Origin: Elusimicrobiota bacterium
GTDB lineage: Bacteria > Elusimicrobiota > Elusimicrobia > UBA1565 > UBA9628
Direction: 5' to 3'
NCBI GenBank assembly: GCA_023249675.1
Contig: JAHFCE010000003.1
Location: 111,785 to 175,784 of the forward strand
DNA: 64,000 nt
The number at the start of each line of letters is the position of its first letter. Within the stretch, counting starts at the first letter, position 1. Position numbers and translations under genes: made by a program. The notes below the pieces were generated by a model. The model worked only from the letters and a program-made list of their open reading frames with translations. It was not told where the DNA came from and searched no databases. Below, piece by piece: positions 28,181 to 38,000 of the stretch.

Positions 28181-28956
28181 ATCAATACCTCTCCGGAAAA
28201 GATGACCTTGCCCGGGCCTTTCAGACGGGGGCCGTGATTGAAGGAAACGGAAAGAATCTCGCCGCTTCGGACCTTCACTTTGACGGGCGAGCGGTCGAAG
28301 CCCAGCACGCGTGCAACAAACGCCGATGCGACGATCCCGGTGCCGCAAGCCAACGTTTCATCTTCAACGCCCCGTTCATAGGTTCTGATCAGCAAAATGC
28401 CGCTACGAATTTCGATGAAGTTGGCGTTGGCGCCCGCGCGGCCAAAAATCTTATGGAATCGAAGCGCCCGGCCGAGTTCTCTGACGTTGATCTTTTCTAT
28501 GTCGGGTACGAACACAACGGCATGGGGGACCCCCGTGTCGACGGAGTGCACCGGCAAAGAATGCCCCGCGACGTTCAGAGTCCGTCCCAGATGAAGGTTC
28601 TTCGGGGCCGGCATGGACACTTCGGCTTGCTCCTTGCTCGTCAGACGTACAGCGAGTGGCCCGCGGTTTGTTTCGAGCACGAACTCTTTGCTCTTGAGCC
28701 AGCCCTGCGCCGAGGCCCACAGGGCCGCGCAGCGCGCGCCGTTGCCGCAGAAGGCCGCAGAACCGTCGGCGTTCCAGTAGCCGAGGTGAACCGTGCCGGA
28801 GCGTCGTGTCATCAGCAGTAATCCGTCGGCGCCGATCCCGAGGCGGCGATCGCACAAAGTTCTCGCGAGCGCGGCGCCAGAGCGGCTCCGCGGCTTCCTC
28901 GACAGAAGGATGAAGTCATTGCCCGCCCCGGACATCTTCCAGAAGGGTATTTTCAT
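28177..28956 (-). CDS. dapF: Diaminopimelate epimerase
   Basis: 'MSGAGNDFILL' and 'FCGNGARC' are the DapF catalytic Cys motifs. Confidence 0.85.
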   Translation of the reverse strand: MKIPFWKMSGAGNDFILLSRKPRSRSGAALARTLCDRRLGIGADGLLLMTRRSGTVHLGYWNADGSAAFCGNGARCAALWASAQGWLKSKEFVLETNRGPLAVRLTSKEQAEVSMPAPKNLHLGRTLNVAGHSLPVHSVDTGVPHAVVFVPDIEKINVRELGRALRFHKIFGRAGANANFIEIRSGILLIRTYERGVEDETLACGTGIVASAFVARVLGFDRSPVKVKVRSGEILSVSFNHGPRLKGPGKVIFSGEVLI

Positions 28957-29909
28957 TTTTTAGGGGGCGAGGAAAGCGTGTTGCGCAGGCTGCGGGCTGC
29001 GCGAGCAGAAAAGTCGATGCGCGTGGGAGCTGTCAGGGGGGACAGTTCGAGGACCGCGTCTGCGGTTTGGCCGCGGGCGAGCTCGACGCGCGTGCGCGCC
29101 CAAAGGGCCGCGGCGTCGCCGGGAGACTCTTTGAGCACCAAGGCTGCTTCTACGAGGGCCTCCCCAGGACGACCCGCCTCAACGAGCCAGAGCGCCTTGG
29201 CTCGGCGTGCGCCGATGTCCGCGCCGTGTGCCAGCGCGGCGTCGAGGGCGGCAAGAGCGCCCGTCAGGTCTCCCTGCGCGCGGCGCGCGAAGGCGGTCAG
29301 GATATGGCCCTCGGGATTATTTGGATCGAGAGCGATCGCGCGCTCGATGGCCAGGCCAGCGGTTGCCCAGCTGCGCTGCGCCAGCAAAGTTTCAACGTAG
29401 GAGCGCCACACGTCCGCGCGGCCATCGAGGGTTTCGAGCGCGGTCTCGTAGTGCGACGCGGAGCGGTCGAGGAAGCCGAAACGGCGGTCGATCTCGGCGA
29501 GGCCCAGATGAGCGCCGAAGTGTTTTGGCTCGTAGACGATCGCCTTGAGGTAGAAAACACGGGCCTGCTCATCAAGGCCGGCGCTATGAAGTAGGTCGCC
29601 CTGGCGTGTCAGCAGGTCTACGTTCTTGGGGAACAACTTCACGCCGAGCTGGTAGACGCCGAGAGCTTCATCCACGCGTCCGAGCAAGTCGAGGCTGTCG
29701 CCCATGAGCACATAAGCCTGCCGCAGGTCGGTGCCGCGTAGGGTCTGTAGGAAGTCCGGGGTCAGCGCCGCGATGACTTCGGCAGGTTTGTGCGCATCTG
29801 AGAGTGTCTGCACCGGGCGAATCTTCTTGTCCGACGGCTCGCCCCACAGTCGCCAGGCGCGGGCGGGGCTCGCGAGGAACAGCAAAGACAGCAGGAGCGC
29901 CGATTTCAT
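28953..29909 (-). CDS. TPR-repeat protein with signal peptide
   Basis: Signal peptide followed by several TPR-like helical repeats. Confidence 0.6.
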   Translation of the reverse strand: MKSALLLSLLFLASPARAWRLWGEPSDKKIRPVQTLSDAHKPAEVIAALTPDFLQTLRGTDLRQAYVLMGDSLDLLGRVDEALGVYQLGVKLFPKNVDLLTRQGDLLHSAGLDEQARVFYLKAIVYEPKHFGAHLGLAEIDRRFGFLDRSASHYETALETLDGRADVWRSYVETLLAQRSWATAGLAIERAIALDPNNPEGHILTAFARRAQGDLTGALAALDAALAHGADIGARRAKALWLVEAGRPGEALVEAALVLKESPGDAAALWARTRVELARGQTADAVLELSPLTAPTRIDFSARAARSLRNTLSSPPKK

Positions 29910-30859
29910 TTGACCGCCTTCGCCCCCCAGCCGTCCGTCAGCTTAGGGATCGAGGCCAGGATGAGGCTTTCTTTTGCCGCCTCGAGGCGCGTGGAGGCGG
30001 CGATGATGCCCTTCTCGATCGCCTCGACGACACGGTGATCCTCGAACATGCCGATGTCGCCGACGGGCGGCTCGATGATAAAGTCGGCCTGTTTGCGTTG
30101 CTCGTGCGATAGGTAGGAGCCGCGGATGTCGATGACCTGCATGAGGGATTCAAGGACGTTCTGCGGGCGCGCGGCCGTGTAGTCCGTCTCGGTGACGCTT
30201 GCGATCGTCCACTCGGCGCCGAGCAGCCGCGAGGCGTCCACCGGGATATAGTCCACGACGCCGCCGTCGACGAGGAAGCGGTGGCGGTACTCGAGAGGGC
30301 GGAAGATGCCTGGCAGGTTCATACTCGCGCGCACGGCCTTAGCGACGTCCCCGTCGCGGAAGATAATGGCCTCGCCGGTGTAGACGTCCATTGCCACGCA
30401 GGCGAAGGGCTTGAGCGTTTGGTCGAAGCGGATGCCGCCGATGCCTTTGCGCAGCAGCAACTCGGTCTTCTCAGAGGACAGGAGCCTGTCGAAGAGCAGC
30501 AGGGAGATCAGCCGCGCCGACGAGAGGTCGTTGCCGCTGCCAACCCGGATTGAGGCGGCGTACTCGCGTAGCCGCTGCAGCGGCATGCCCGAGGCGTAGA
30601 GCGCGCCCATGACCGCGCCCATGGAAGTGCCCACGACCGAGTCGATTGGGAAGCCCGCGTCTTCGAGCACCTGTATCACGCCGGCGTGCGCGACGCCGCG
30701 CAGGGAGCCGGCGGAGAGCACGAGGCCGACTTTGGGGCGGCGATTTTCCGGGGCCTGGCGCACCTCGCGCCACAGATGATCGCGCAGGAGTGCCTCGGCC
30801 GATAGATCGGGAGCGGCGTATGCGGGAGCTGCGAGCAGCAGCGCCAGCAGGAGCTTCAC
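29906..30859 (-). CDS. Secreted patatin-like phospholipase
   Basis: Signal peptide. 'GLVLSAGSLRGVAHAGV' is the oxyanion hole, 'GTSMG' is the GxSxG motif and 'VDGG' is the catalytic Asp. Confidence 0.8.
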   Translation of the reverse strand: MKLLLALLLAAPAYAAPDLSAEALLRDHLWREVRQAPENRRPKVGLVLSAGSLRGVAHAGVIQVLEDAGFPIDSVVGTSMGAVMGALYASGMPLQRLREYAASIRVGSGNDLSSARLISLLLFDRLLSSEKTELLLRKGIGGIRFDQTLKPFACVAMDVYTGEAIIFRDGDVAKAVRASMNLPGIFRPLEYRHRFLVDGGVVDYIPVDASRLLGAEWTIASVTETDYTAARPQNVLESLMQVIDIRGSYLSHEQRKQADFIIEPPVGDIGMFEDHRVVEAIEKGIIAASTRLEAAKESLILASIPKLTDGWGAKAVK

Positions 30860-32151
30860 TGCGGGAGCTCCCGACCCACGGCGCGCTCGAATCGCGCGCG
30901 GGCCAGGATATGCTCCGTGACGGCGGAGAGATAGGCGAGCCGCAGCTCAAGGACGCCGTCGCGGGCGCGCAGGCGTGAGAGCGCCGGGCCGGATTTGTCG
31001 GCGGCCTCATCGTAGAGGGCCGAGACTCTCTTCCATTGGCTCTCGCGGCGCGGCCACTCTTCCTGCCACCAGCGCAAAGTCTCGGCGGCCTGGCGGACCT
31101 CGAGGCGCACGCGGTCCTGCAATTCGGCGCGGGTCAACTCGCCCTGGCGCTGTTCGGCGCGTTTTTGCTTGAGCTGGCTCCAGAAGTCGTAGGCGAAGGG
31201 AATCCTGATGCCGAGCGTCATATCCCAATTGTTATTCTTGAGCGGAAAGCGCTGGGCGGTCAGTTCATAGTCGCCGGCGAGGAACACGGTCGGGTTGCGG
31301 CGGCTGATCGCGAGGTTCACGCCGATCGCGTCCATCTGCACGCGGTAGGTCTGCGACTGGAGCTCGGGGCGCAGCTCCATCGCCCAGATGACGGCTTTCT
31401 CCACCTCGGCCTTTGCGGACCGAGTCTCAAGAGCGCCCTGCACGCGGAAAGGCGTGTCGAGCTCGAGGCTCAAAGTGTTGAGGAACTGCAGGCGCGCGCT
31501 GTCGAGCATGTGCTTGGCTTCCGCGGCGCGCGAGCGCGCGAGACCCAGTCCGACCTCGGCCTCGACTCGCTCCCACGGCCCCAGGTCGCCTGTCGAGGCG
31601 GCCGCCTCGACGTTCCTCAGATGAAGGTCGAAGGCATTCGCGCGTTCCTGCGCAAGCAGGAGGCGGTAGAAGGCTTCTTTCCCGCGCAACGTGACGTCCA
31701 GCTTGACCGAATCCCTATTGGACTGAGCCTGTTTGAGGGAGGCTTGCGCGAGGCGCAGCGTGTTCATCGTTCGCTGGCCTTCGTAGAGCGGCATGTTGAA
31801 GTAGGCGCGCCCGGAGTAGATATTCTCGCTCGATGCGCCCGGGAATAGGAGCAGGCTGCGAAACTCGGGTGACAGCGCGAACGGGGAGCGCGCATCGTAT
31901 TTGGTGGCGCTTGCTTGCAGACCGACGTCGGGCAGGAAGCGCAGCCGTGCCTCCGTGACGCGCGCGTCGGCGATGATGACGTCCTGCTCGGCGCTTTGAA
32001 GTTTGGGATCGTTGCGCAGCAGGCGCAAGGTCTCTTCGAGCGTGTACACGCGGTCGGGCAGGGAGGGGCGCGCCGCGCCCTGCGCTCGCGCTGGGGGCGG
32101 CGTCCCGGCGAGAGCGAGGCAGAGCGCTGCGGTAAAGAGTCGGTTGATCAT
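30856..32151 (-). CDS. TolC-like outer membrane efflux protein (OEP family)
   Basis: Signal peptide plus two OEP repeats with coiled-coil segments. Confidence 0.7.
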   Translation of the reverse strand: MINRLFTAALCLALAGTPPPARAQGAARPSLPDRVYTLEETLRLLRNDPKLQSAEQDVIIADARVTEARLRFLPDVGLQASATKYDARSPFALSPEFRSLLLFPGASSENIYSGRAYFNMPLYEGQRTMNTLRLAQASLKQAQSNRDSVKLDVTLRGKEAFYRLLLAQERANAFDLHLRNVEAAASTGDLGPWERVEAEVGLGLARSRAAEAKHMLDSARLQFLNTLSLELDTPFRVQGALETRSAKAEVEKAVIWAMELRPELQSQTYRVQMDAIGVNLAISRRNPTVFLAGDYELTAQRFPLKNNNWDMTLGIRIPFAYDFWSQLKQKRAEQRQGELTRAELQDRVRLEVRQAAETLRWWQEEWPRRESQWKRVSALYDEAADKSGPALSRLRARDGVLELRLAYLSAVTEHILARARFERAVGRELPQ

Positions 32152-32172
32152 ATCGAGGGACGTCGAAAATGG

Positions 32173-32751
32173 TCAGACTTTGAACGACCTGGTCATATGG
32201 TCGAGTTCGACCTTAAGCGCCTTCAGATCCTCTCGCGCGCTCCCGGCCTCGGCGGGCAGGCGTTTGGCTATTTCCCCGACTTGCTCGGACAGACGCTGGG
32301 CGAGGTTGCGGTCTTTCTGGAGCAAAGTCTGCAGTGCTGCGGCCATGCCGTTGAACTCCTCTTGGAGTTCCATGAGTTCGTCGCCGGTGCGCAGGCAGAC
32401 GCGGTGTGTCAGGTCTCCGGCGCCCAGCGACTGGCAGCTTTTTTCGAAGCGGTAGATCGGCCCCGCGAAGCGATGCGAGACATACAGTGAGATCAGGAGC
32501 ATCAGCCCCAGATACAGAGCGATTTTGACGAGCAGGACCGTATTAAACTGAACGATGCGGTCGGTGACCGACGGGCACTCCGTCAGCACCGCGCGCATCA
32601 GCGAGTAATACACATCGCCGCCCACGATCATTGATGCGACCAGCACGCTCAAGAACACCATGCCGATGTATTTGAGCTGTAGGGCGCGTTTGACGAGAAC
32701 GGTCTTGCGTTGGAACCGCTGATCTTCGCCGGATTTCTTTTCCGTGCTCAT
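32173..32751 (-). CDS. Two-TM membrane protein with a HAMP domain and no output domain
   Basis: Two TM helices followed by 'SHRFAGPIYRFEKSCQSLGAGDLTHRV...ELQEEFNGMAAAL', a typical HAMP. The start is uncertain (32751 or 32781). Confidence 0.55.
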   Translation of the reverse strand: MSTEKKSGEDQRFQRKTVLVKRALQLKYIGMVFLSVLVASMIVGGDVYYSLMRAVLTECPSVTDRIVQFNTVLLVKIALYLGLMLLISLYVSHRFAGPIYRFEKSCQSLGAGDLTHRVCLRTGDELMELQEEFNGMAAALQTLLQKDRNLAQRLSEQVGEIAKRLPAEAGSAREDLKALKVELDHMTRSFKV

Positions 32752-32767
32752 CGTCCCCCCGTTTCGG

Positions 32768-33793
32768 TCAGAGCAGATCATCCGAGAGCCTGAGCCACGC
32801 AGGCGTTACGGTCTTGAGCTTTGCGGTCGCGGCTTCGAGGCTGACAGCGATCACGGCGTCGCCCTTGAGCGCGACCATGCTGCCGAATTTTCCTTCGTGC
32901 ACGAGGTCCGTGGCCGCGACGCCGACGCGGGTGCCGAGGATACGGTCGAAGAGGGTGGGGGGGCCGCCGCGCTGCATGTGGCCGATGACGGCGGAGCGCG
33001 TCTCGATCTTGGTCTCGGTCTCGATGATCTTGGTCAGGCGTTCGGCGACGCCGCGGTCCTTGAGGATCATGTGTCCGAACTCATCGAGCTCCTCCTCCTT
33101 CTTCTCGCCGGGGATGTCCACGGCCTCGGAGGCAATCACGATCGCGACGTCGCGCCGCGCGTGCGCGGCCTTGAGTTTGGCGCACATGTCCTTGATATCG
33201 ACGGGACGCTCGGGCAGGCAGAGGTAGTCGGCGCCGGCGCCGATTGCGGTGTAGAGGGCGACCCAGCCCGCGTGACGGCCCATAACCTCCAAGACCATTA
33301 TGCGGCGGTGGGAGCGGCCCGTGTCGATCAAGCGCTCGGCGGCTTCCATCGCAAGCGTGGCCGCGGTATCGAAGCCGAACGTGTAGTCAGTTGCGTCAAG
33401 ATCGTTGTCCATCGTCTTCGGCACGCCGATGACGTTGATCTTGTGCTCTTTGTAGAGCTTGTTAGCCACGCCGAGCGTGTCCTCACCGCCCATCGCGACG
33501 AGCGCGTGCAAGTTGAGCGTCTGAAAAGTTTCGAGGACTTTTGGCACGCAGCCATTTTTATAGGGATTTGTGCGCGAGGTGCCGAGCATCGTGCCGCCCT
33601 TGCCCGTCATCTCGCGGACGTCGTCAGGGCCGATCGGCTTGGCCGCGGCGTTGATCATGCCCTTCCAGCCCTCCTGGATGCCGACGCACTCGTAGCCGAG
33701 CTTGCTCGCCTTCAGGACGACGCCGCGGATCGCCGGATTGAGTCCCGGGCAGTCCCCGCCGCCGGTGAGGATCGCGATTCTCTTTCTCGCCAT
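32768..33793 (-). CDS. 6-phosphofructokinase (PfkA family; ATP- or PPi-dependent)
   Basis: 'IAILTGGGDCPGLN', 'GGEDTL' and 'PKTMDNDL' are PFK motifs. Confidence 0.85.
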   Translation of the reverse strand: MARKRIAILTGGGDCPGLNPAIRGVVLKASKLGYECVGIQEGWKGMINAAAKPIGPDDVREMTGKGGTMLGTSRTNPYKNGCVPKVLETFQTLNLHALVAMGGEDTLGVANKLYKEHKINVIGVPKTMDNDLDATDYTFGFDTAATLAMEAAERLIDTGRSHRRIMVLEVMGRHAGWVALYTAIGAGADYLCLPERPVDIKDMCAKLKAAHARRDVAIVIASEAVDIPGEKKEEELDEFGHMILKDRGVAERLTKIIETETKIETRSAVIGHMQRGGPPTLFDRILGTRVGVAATDLVHEGKFGSMVALKGDAVIAVSLEAATAKLKTVTPAWLRLSDDLL

Positions 33794-33820
33794 GATTCGA
33801 GGGCTCTTCTCTACAAACGG

Positions 33821-34615
33821 TTAGAAGCTGTTGCTGTACTTCAACTGCACGGTGCGTTCGGGGCCTCGCGGGGCGCCGTCGCCGTAGAAGCCGCCCGCGC
33901 CGATCGCGCGCACTGCGAAGTCCACATGGAAATTCGGGGTCAGGTACGTGCGTAGGCCCATGTTCAGGCGTGAATCGCTCCAGTTGTTGATGTTGTCCCA
34001 CTCGATGAGAATCGCGGCCTTGTCGCGGATGTTGATCGTCATCGGCAGGCAGCCGAAGAGGCCGTTCGAGTCGAAATCGGAGACATTGAACGACGGGTGC
34101 AGCTGGAGGCCCGGCACGCCAAGCTCTTGCGTCGCCGCGACATAGAAGCCGCGCTGGCGCTGATTGAAGCGGCGGTCGTTCGCGTTGTAGAGGTAGCCCT
34201 GGCCGTCGAAGCCGACCGCGAGGGCTGGCATCTTGCTGTCGCCATCGTAGAAACGCCACTTGACCTGTGCTGTCGGGGCGCGCATGCGCACTTTGCGTTC
34301 GTCGCCGATCAGGCCGTCCACCGCGGCGGAGGCGCCGAGGTTGACGCCGGGGTACACGCCGAATGAGATGTGCTGCAGAATGCCGCCGCGCGCGTAGAAG
34401 CGCGAGCGCGCGGAATACCCGTAGTTGTCAAGCACCGCGGTCGTCGGCGCGTCGATGATGTCGGTGTCGGGCTGGACGTTGCCGTCGCGCGCGGAGCGCG
34501 GGGCGGAAGAAGCCTTGGGCTTGATCTTTACCGGTGAGGAGGCGGACTCTTCGGAGCGCAGGCTGGTGGTTCCCAGGAGGAGCAGCGCGGTCAGGAGGGG
34601 AAGTCGGATTTTCAT
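33821..34615 (-). CDS. Outer-membrane beta-barrel protein (hypothetical)
   Basis: Signal peptide, alternating amphipathic strands and a C-terminal Phe. Confidence 0.5.
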   Translation of the reverse strand: MKIRLPLLTALLLLGTTSLRSEESASSPVKIKPKASSAPRSARDGNVQPDTDIIDAPTTAVLDNYGYSARSRFYARGGILQHISFGVYPGVNLGASAAVDGLIGDERKVRMRAPTAQVKWRFYDGDSKMPALAVGFDGQGYLYNANDRRFNQRQRGFYVAATQELGVPGLQLHPSFNVSDFDSNGLFGCLPMTINIRDKAAILIEWDNINNWSDSRLNMGLRTYLTPNFHVDFAVRAIGAGGFYGDGAPRGPERTVQLKYSNSF

Positions 34616-34631
34616 TGATCAGCCTGATGGG

Positions 34632-35015
34632 TCAAGCGGGTTTTGCCAGGATCGCTGTGATGCGCGCGTGGAGCTTGGCCATCTCGAAAGGCTTCTGCAG
34701 GACCTCGGTGGCGCCGCTCATCAGCGCGATGCCTTTTTCTTTAACTGTGTCGCGGCTGGTCATGATTAGGATGCGCGGAGCTTTTGCGCCAAGCTTGTTC
34801 GTCAGCTCGTAGGCCACGTGATAGCCGTCGATATAGGGCATCATGACGTCGAGCAGGACGAGGTCAATGGGTTCGTTGAGGGCGGTCTGCAGCGCGTCTT
34901 TTCCGTTCGCTGACGAGAGAACCTCGTATCCCTGATGAGCGAGATCCATCTTGAGCAGGTCGAGCAGATCCGGATCGTCATCGGCAACGAGGATTCGCTT
35001 CTTCGTGTCGGCCAT
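34632..35015 (-). CDS. Single-domain response regulator receiver (CheY-like)
   Basis: 'ILVADDDPDL', 'LVLLDVMMP' and 'TS...K' are receiver motifs. Confidence 0.85.
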   Translation of the reverse strand: MADTKKRILVADDDPDLLDLLKMDLAHQGYEVLSSANGKDALQTALNEPIDLVLLDVMMPYIDGYHVAYELTNKLGAKAPRILIMTSRDTVKEKGIALMSGATEVLQKPFEMAKLHARITAILAKPA

Positions 35016-35095
35016 TCCCTCTCCTTAATTGGTACGAATACCTTCGTGGATTTTAACCCATTTTCCCGGACCGCCACAACAGTTTAGCTTATCCA

Positions 35096-38000
35096 TCATT
35101 TGCGAGGGGCACGAACGGCGGGGGCCCCGGAGGCGTCGATGTTCCAGGAGCGCTCACCCAGGATGGCCTCGATGGCCTCAAACAGAGCCTGGTTGAGGTT
35201 GACGCGCTGGTCAAGGTCAAGCACCGCGGTGCCTTCGGAGGTTTCCTGTTCGAGAGCGACCGGGCAGGGACCCTCGAAGCGATCGAGGACGTCGCGCAAG
35301 GCCTCGAGCTTCTCGGTGCCGACGGTCGCATCGCACTTGAGGCGCAGGCGCTTGGCGAACTGCGCCGCGGACGAGTCGAGCGGGGCGATCTCATCGACGA
35401 TGAGCTCGGGAGTGCTCGCGCCGGCATCTTCTCCCTTGAAGGAAACCCTCCCGGTGACGGCGACGAACGCGCCGATCTTGGCGAGATTGTTGGCGCCTGA
35501 AGCGTAGGTTTTGGGGAAGCAGAGCAGGATGAGTTCGCCCGTCAGGTCCTCGAGCGTGATGATCACCCAGGGCTCGCCGGTCTTCTTGGAGACCATTTTG
35601 CGCATTTTGCTGATCATTCCGGCCAGGCGCACGGGCGTTGTGGTCGCGGGCGTCAATTGGCTGACTTCGTGAGTCGCGGCGGCCTTGAGCTGGGCTTTGA
35701 CCGACAGCAGCGGATGGCCGGAGAAGTAGAAGCCGAGGACCTCGCGCTCAAAGGCCAACGTGTCGTGTTCGGAGAGCGGTTTGATCAGGGTGCCGCCGGC
35801 GGTGAAGGAATCCTTCGCCGCCGGCGGCGCTGACGCCCCGAACAGCAGGCCCTGGCCTTTGTCGAGGTCGGCTCTTACCTTCTGTTGGCGGCTGACGGCT
35901 TCGTCCACGGCGAGCAGCAGGCGCGCCCGCGCGGCGGGCGCGGGTTCGCCGGGGCGCAGCCCGTCGAGGGAGCCGGCTTTGATCAGGGACTCCACAGCTT
36001 TTTTGTTGACGGCGTGCAGATCGACGCGCGCACAGAAGTCCTCTAATGAAACGAACCTTTTTTCACGAGCGGCCTTCACGATTGATTCCGCCGCCCCTGA
36101 TCCGACGTTCTTGATGGCGAGGAGCCCGAAACGGATCTCGTTGTTCTGGATGTCGAAGCAGGTTTCCGACAGGTTGACGTCGGGGGGCAAAACCACGAGG
36201 CCCATGCGGCGGGCCTCATCGAGATAAGTGACGAGCTTGTTTTCCTTGTCCTCGGCGCCGATCGAGGAGTGCCCGATCTCCGAGGTGAGCACCGCGGTCA
36301 TGAATTCGATCGGGTAGTTGGCCTTGAGATAGGCCGTTTGGTAGGCGACGAGGCCGTAGGCCACCGAGTGCGACTTGTTGAAGCCGTAGCCGCCGAATTT
36401 GACCATCATGTCGTAGATCTTATTCGCGAGCTTGGGGCTGACCTTGTTGGCCGCGGCGCCTTTGACGAACTTGTCGCGCATTTTTTCCAAGTCCTCGGCG
36501 ATCTTCTTGCCCATGGCCTTGCGCAGGCCGTCGGCCTCGCCGGGCGTGAATCCCGCGAGCTTCTTTGCGATCTCCATGACCTGTTCTTGGAAGACCATGC
36601 AGCCGTAGGTATCCTTCAGGACGGCCTCAAGGAGCGGATGGTCGTACTTGACCGCCTCGCGCCCGTGCTTGCGGTCGACGAACATGTCGAGCATGCCGGA
36701 CTGCATCGGACCGGGACGGAACAGCGCGATCAAGGAAACGATATCGTCAAAAACGGTCGGCTTGATGCGGAACAGTAGGTCGCGCATGCCTTGGGAATCC
36801 AGCTGGAACACGGCGAGCGCCTTCGCGGTGCGCAGCATGTCGAATGTTTTCGGGTCGTTCATCGGGATCTCATCGATCACGAAGTCGGCATTTCCCCGTT
36901 TGATGATGAACTTGACCGCGTCGTCGATGATGGAAAGGGTGCGCAGGCCGAGGAAGTCGACCTTGAGCAGGCCGAGCTTCGGGCAGACGTCGCCGTCGTA
37001 CTGCGTGGTCACGACGTCGGACTTAGCGCCCTTGGCGAGCGGCGTGTAGCGCACGACGGGCTCCTTGGTGATGAGCGTTCCGGCCGCGTGGACGCCGGTG
37101 TGGCGCTTGAGGCCCTCGAGCTTGAGCGCGAGGTCGAGCAGGCGCTTGACCTGGGGATCTTTCGCGAGCTCCTGGAGCTCGGGGCCCTGCATCGCCTCGT
37201 GCAGATGAACGTTCGGGCCGATAGGGATTTTCTTGGCGATCTCATTGACCTGCATCAGCGGCATGTCGAGGACGCGGCCCACGTCGCGGATGACGAGCTT
37301 AGCGCCCAGCGAGCCGAAGGTGATGATCTGCGCTACGCACTCCTTGCCGTACTTCTCGCGGACGTACGCGATGACGCGGTCGCGTCCGGTGTCCGCGAAG
37401 TCGATGTCCAGGTCGGGCATGGATTTCCGGTCCGGGTTCAGGAAGCGTTCGAACAGCAGGCGGTGCTCAAGCGGATCGGCGTTCGTGATTCGCAGCGCGT
37501 ACGCGACGATGGCTCCCGCGCCGGAGCCGCGGCCGGGGCCGACGGGAATGCCGACGGAGCGGGCGTACTTGATGAAGTCCCAGACGATGAGAAAGTAGCC
37601 GGAAAAACCCATGCGCCGAATGACGCCGAGTTCATACTCAAGCCGTTCTTTATAGTCCGGCCGCACGCCGGCCTTAAAACGCTCCTTGAGGCCTTCGAGG
37701 CAGAGATGCTCGAGGTACGTGTCTTGGGTGAAGCCTTCCGGGACCTTAAACTCGGGCAGCAGCATCTGGTCCATGGGGATTTGAAGATGACACATCTCGG
37801 CAATTTTCAATGTGCTCGATAGCGACTCGGGAGAGAAGGAAAAAAGTTTGTGCATCTCTTCCGGCGACTTGATGTAGAACTCGTGGCTGTCGAATTTCAG
37901 GCGTTCGGTGTCCGCGAGCTTGCGGCCGGTGGCGATGCACACGCGGGCGTCGTGCGCATCGTGGTCAGCGGGCTTCCAGTAGTGGCAGTCGTTGGTGGCA

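Noticed and set aside
28181-28348. 56-codon upstream extension of dapA
   Set aside because: Arg-rich and overlaps dapF in another frame. DapA homologs start at 'MKFEG...ITPF'.
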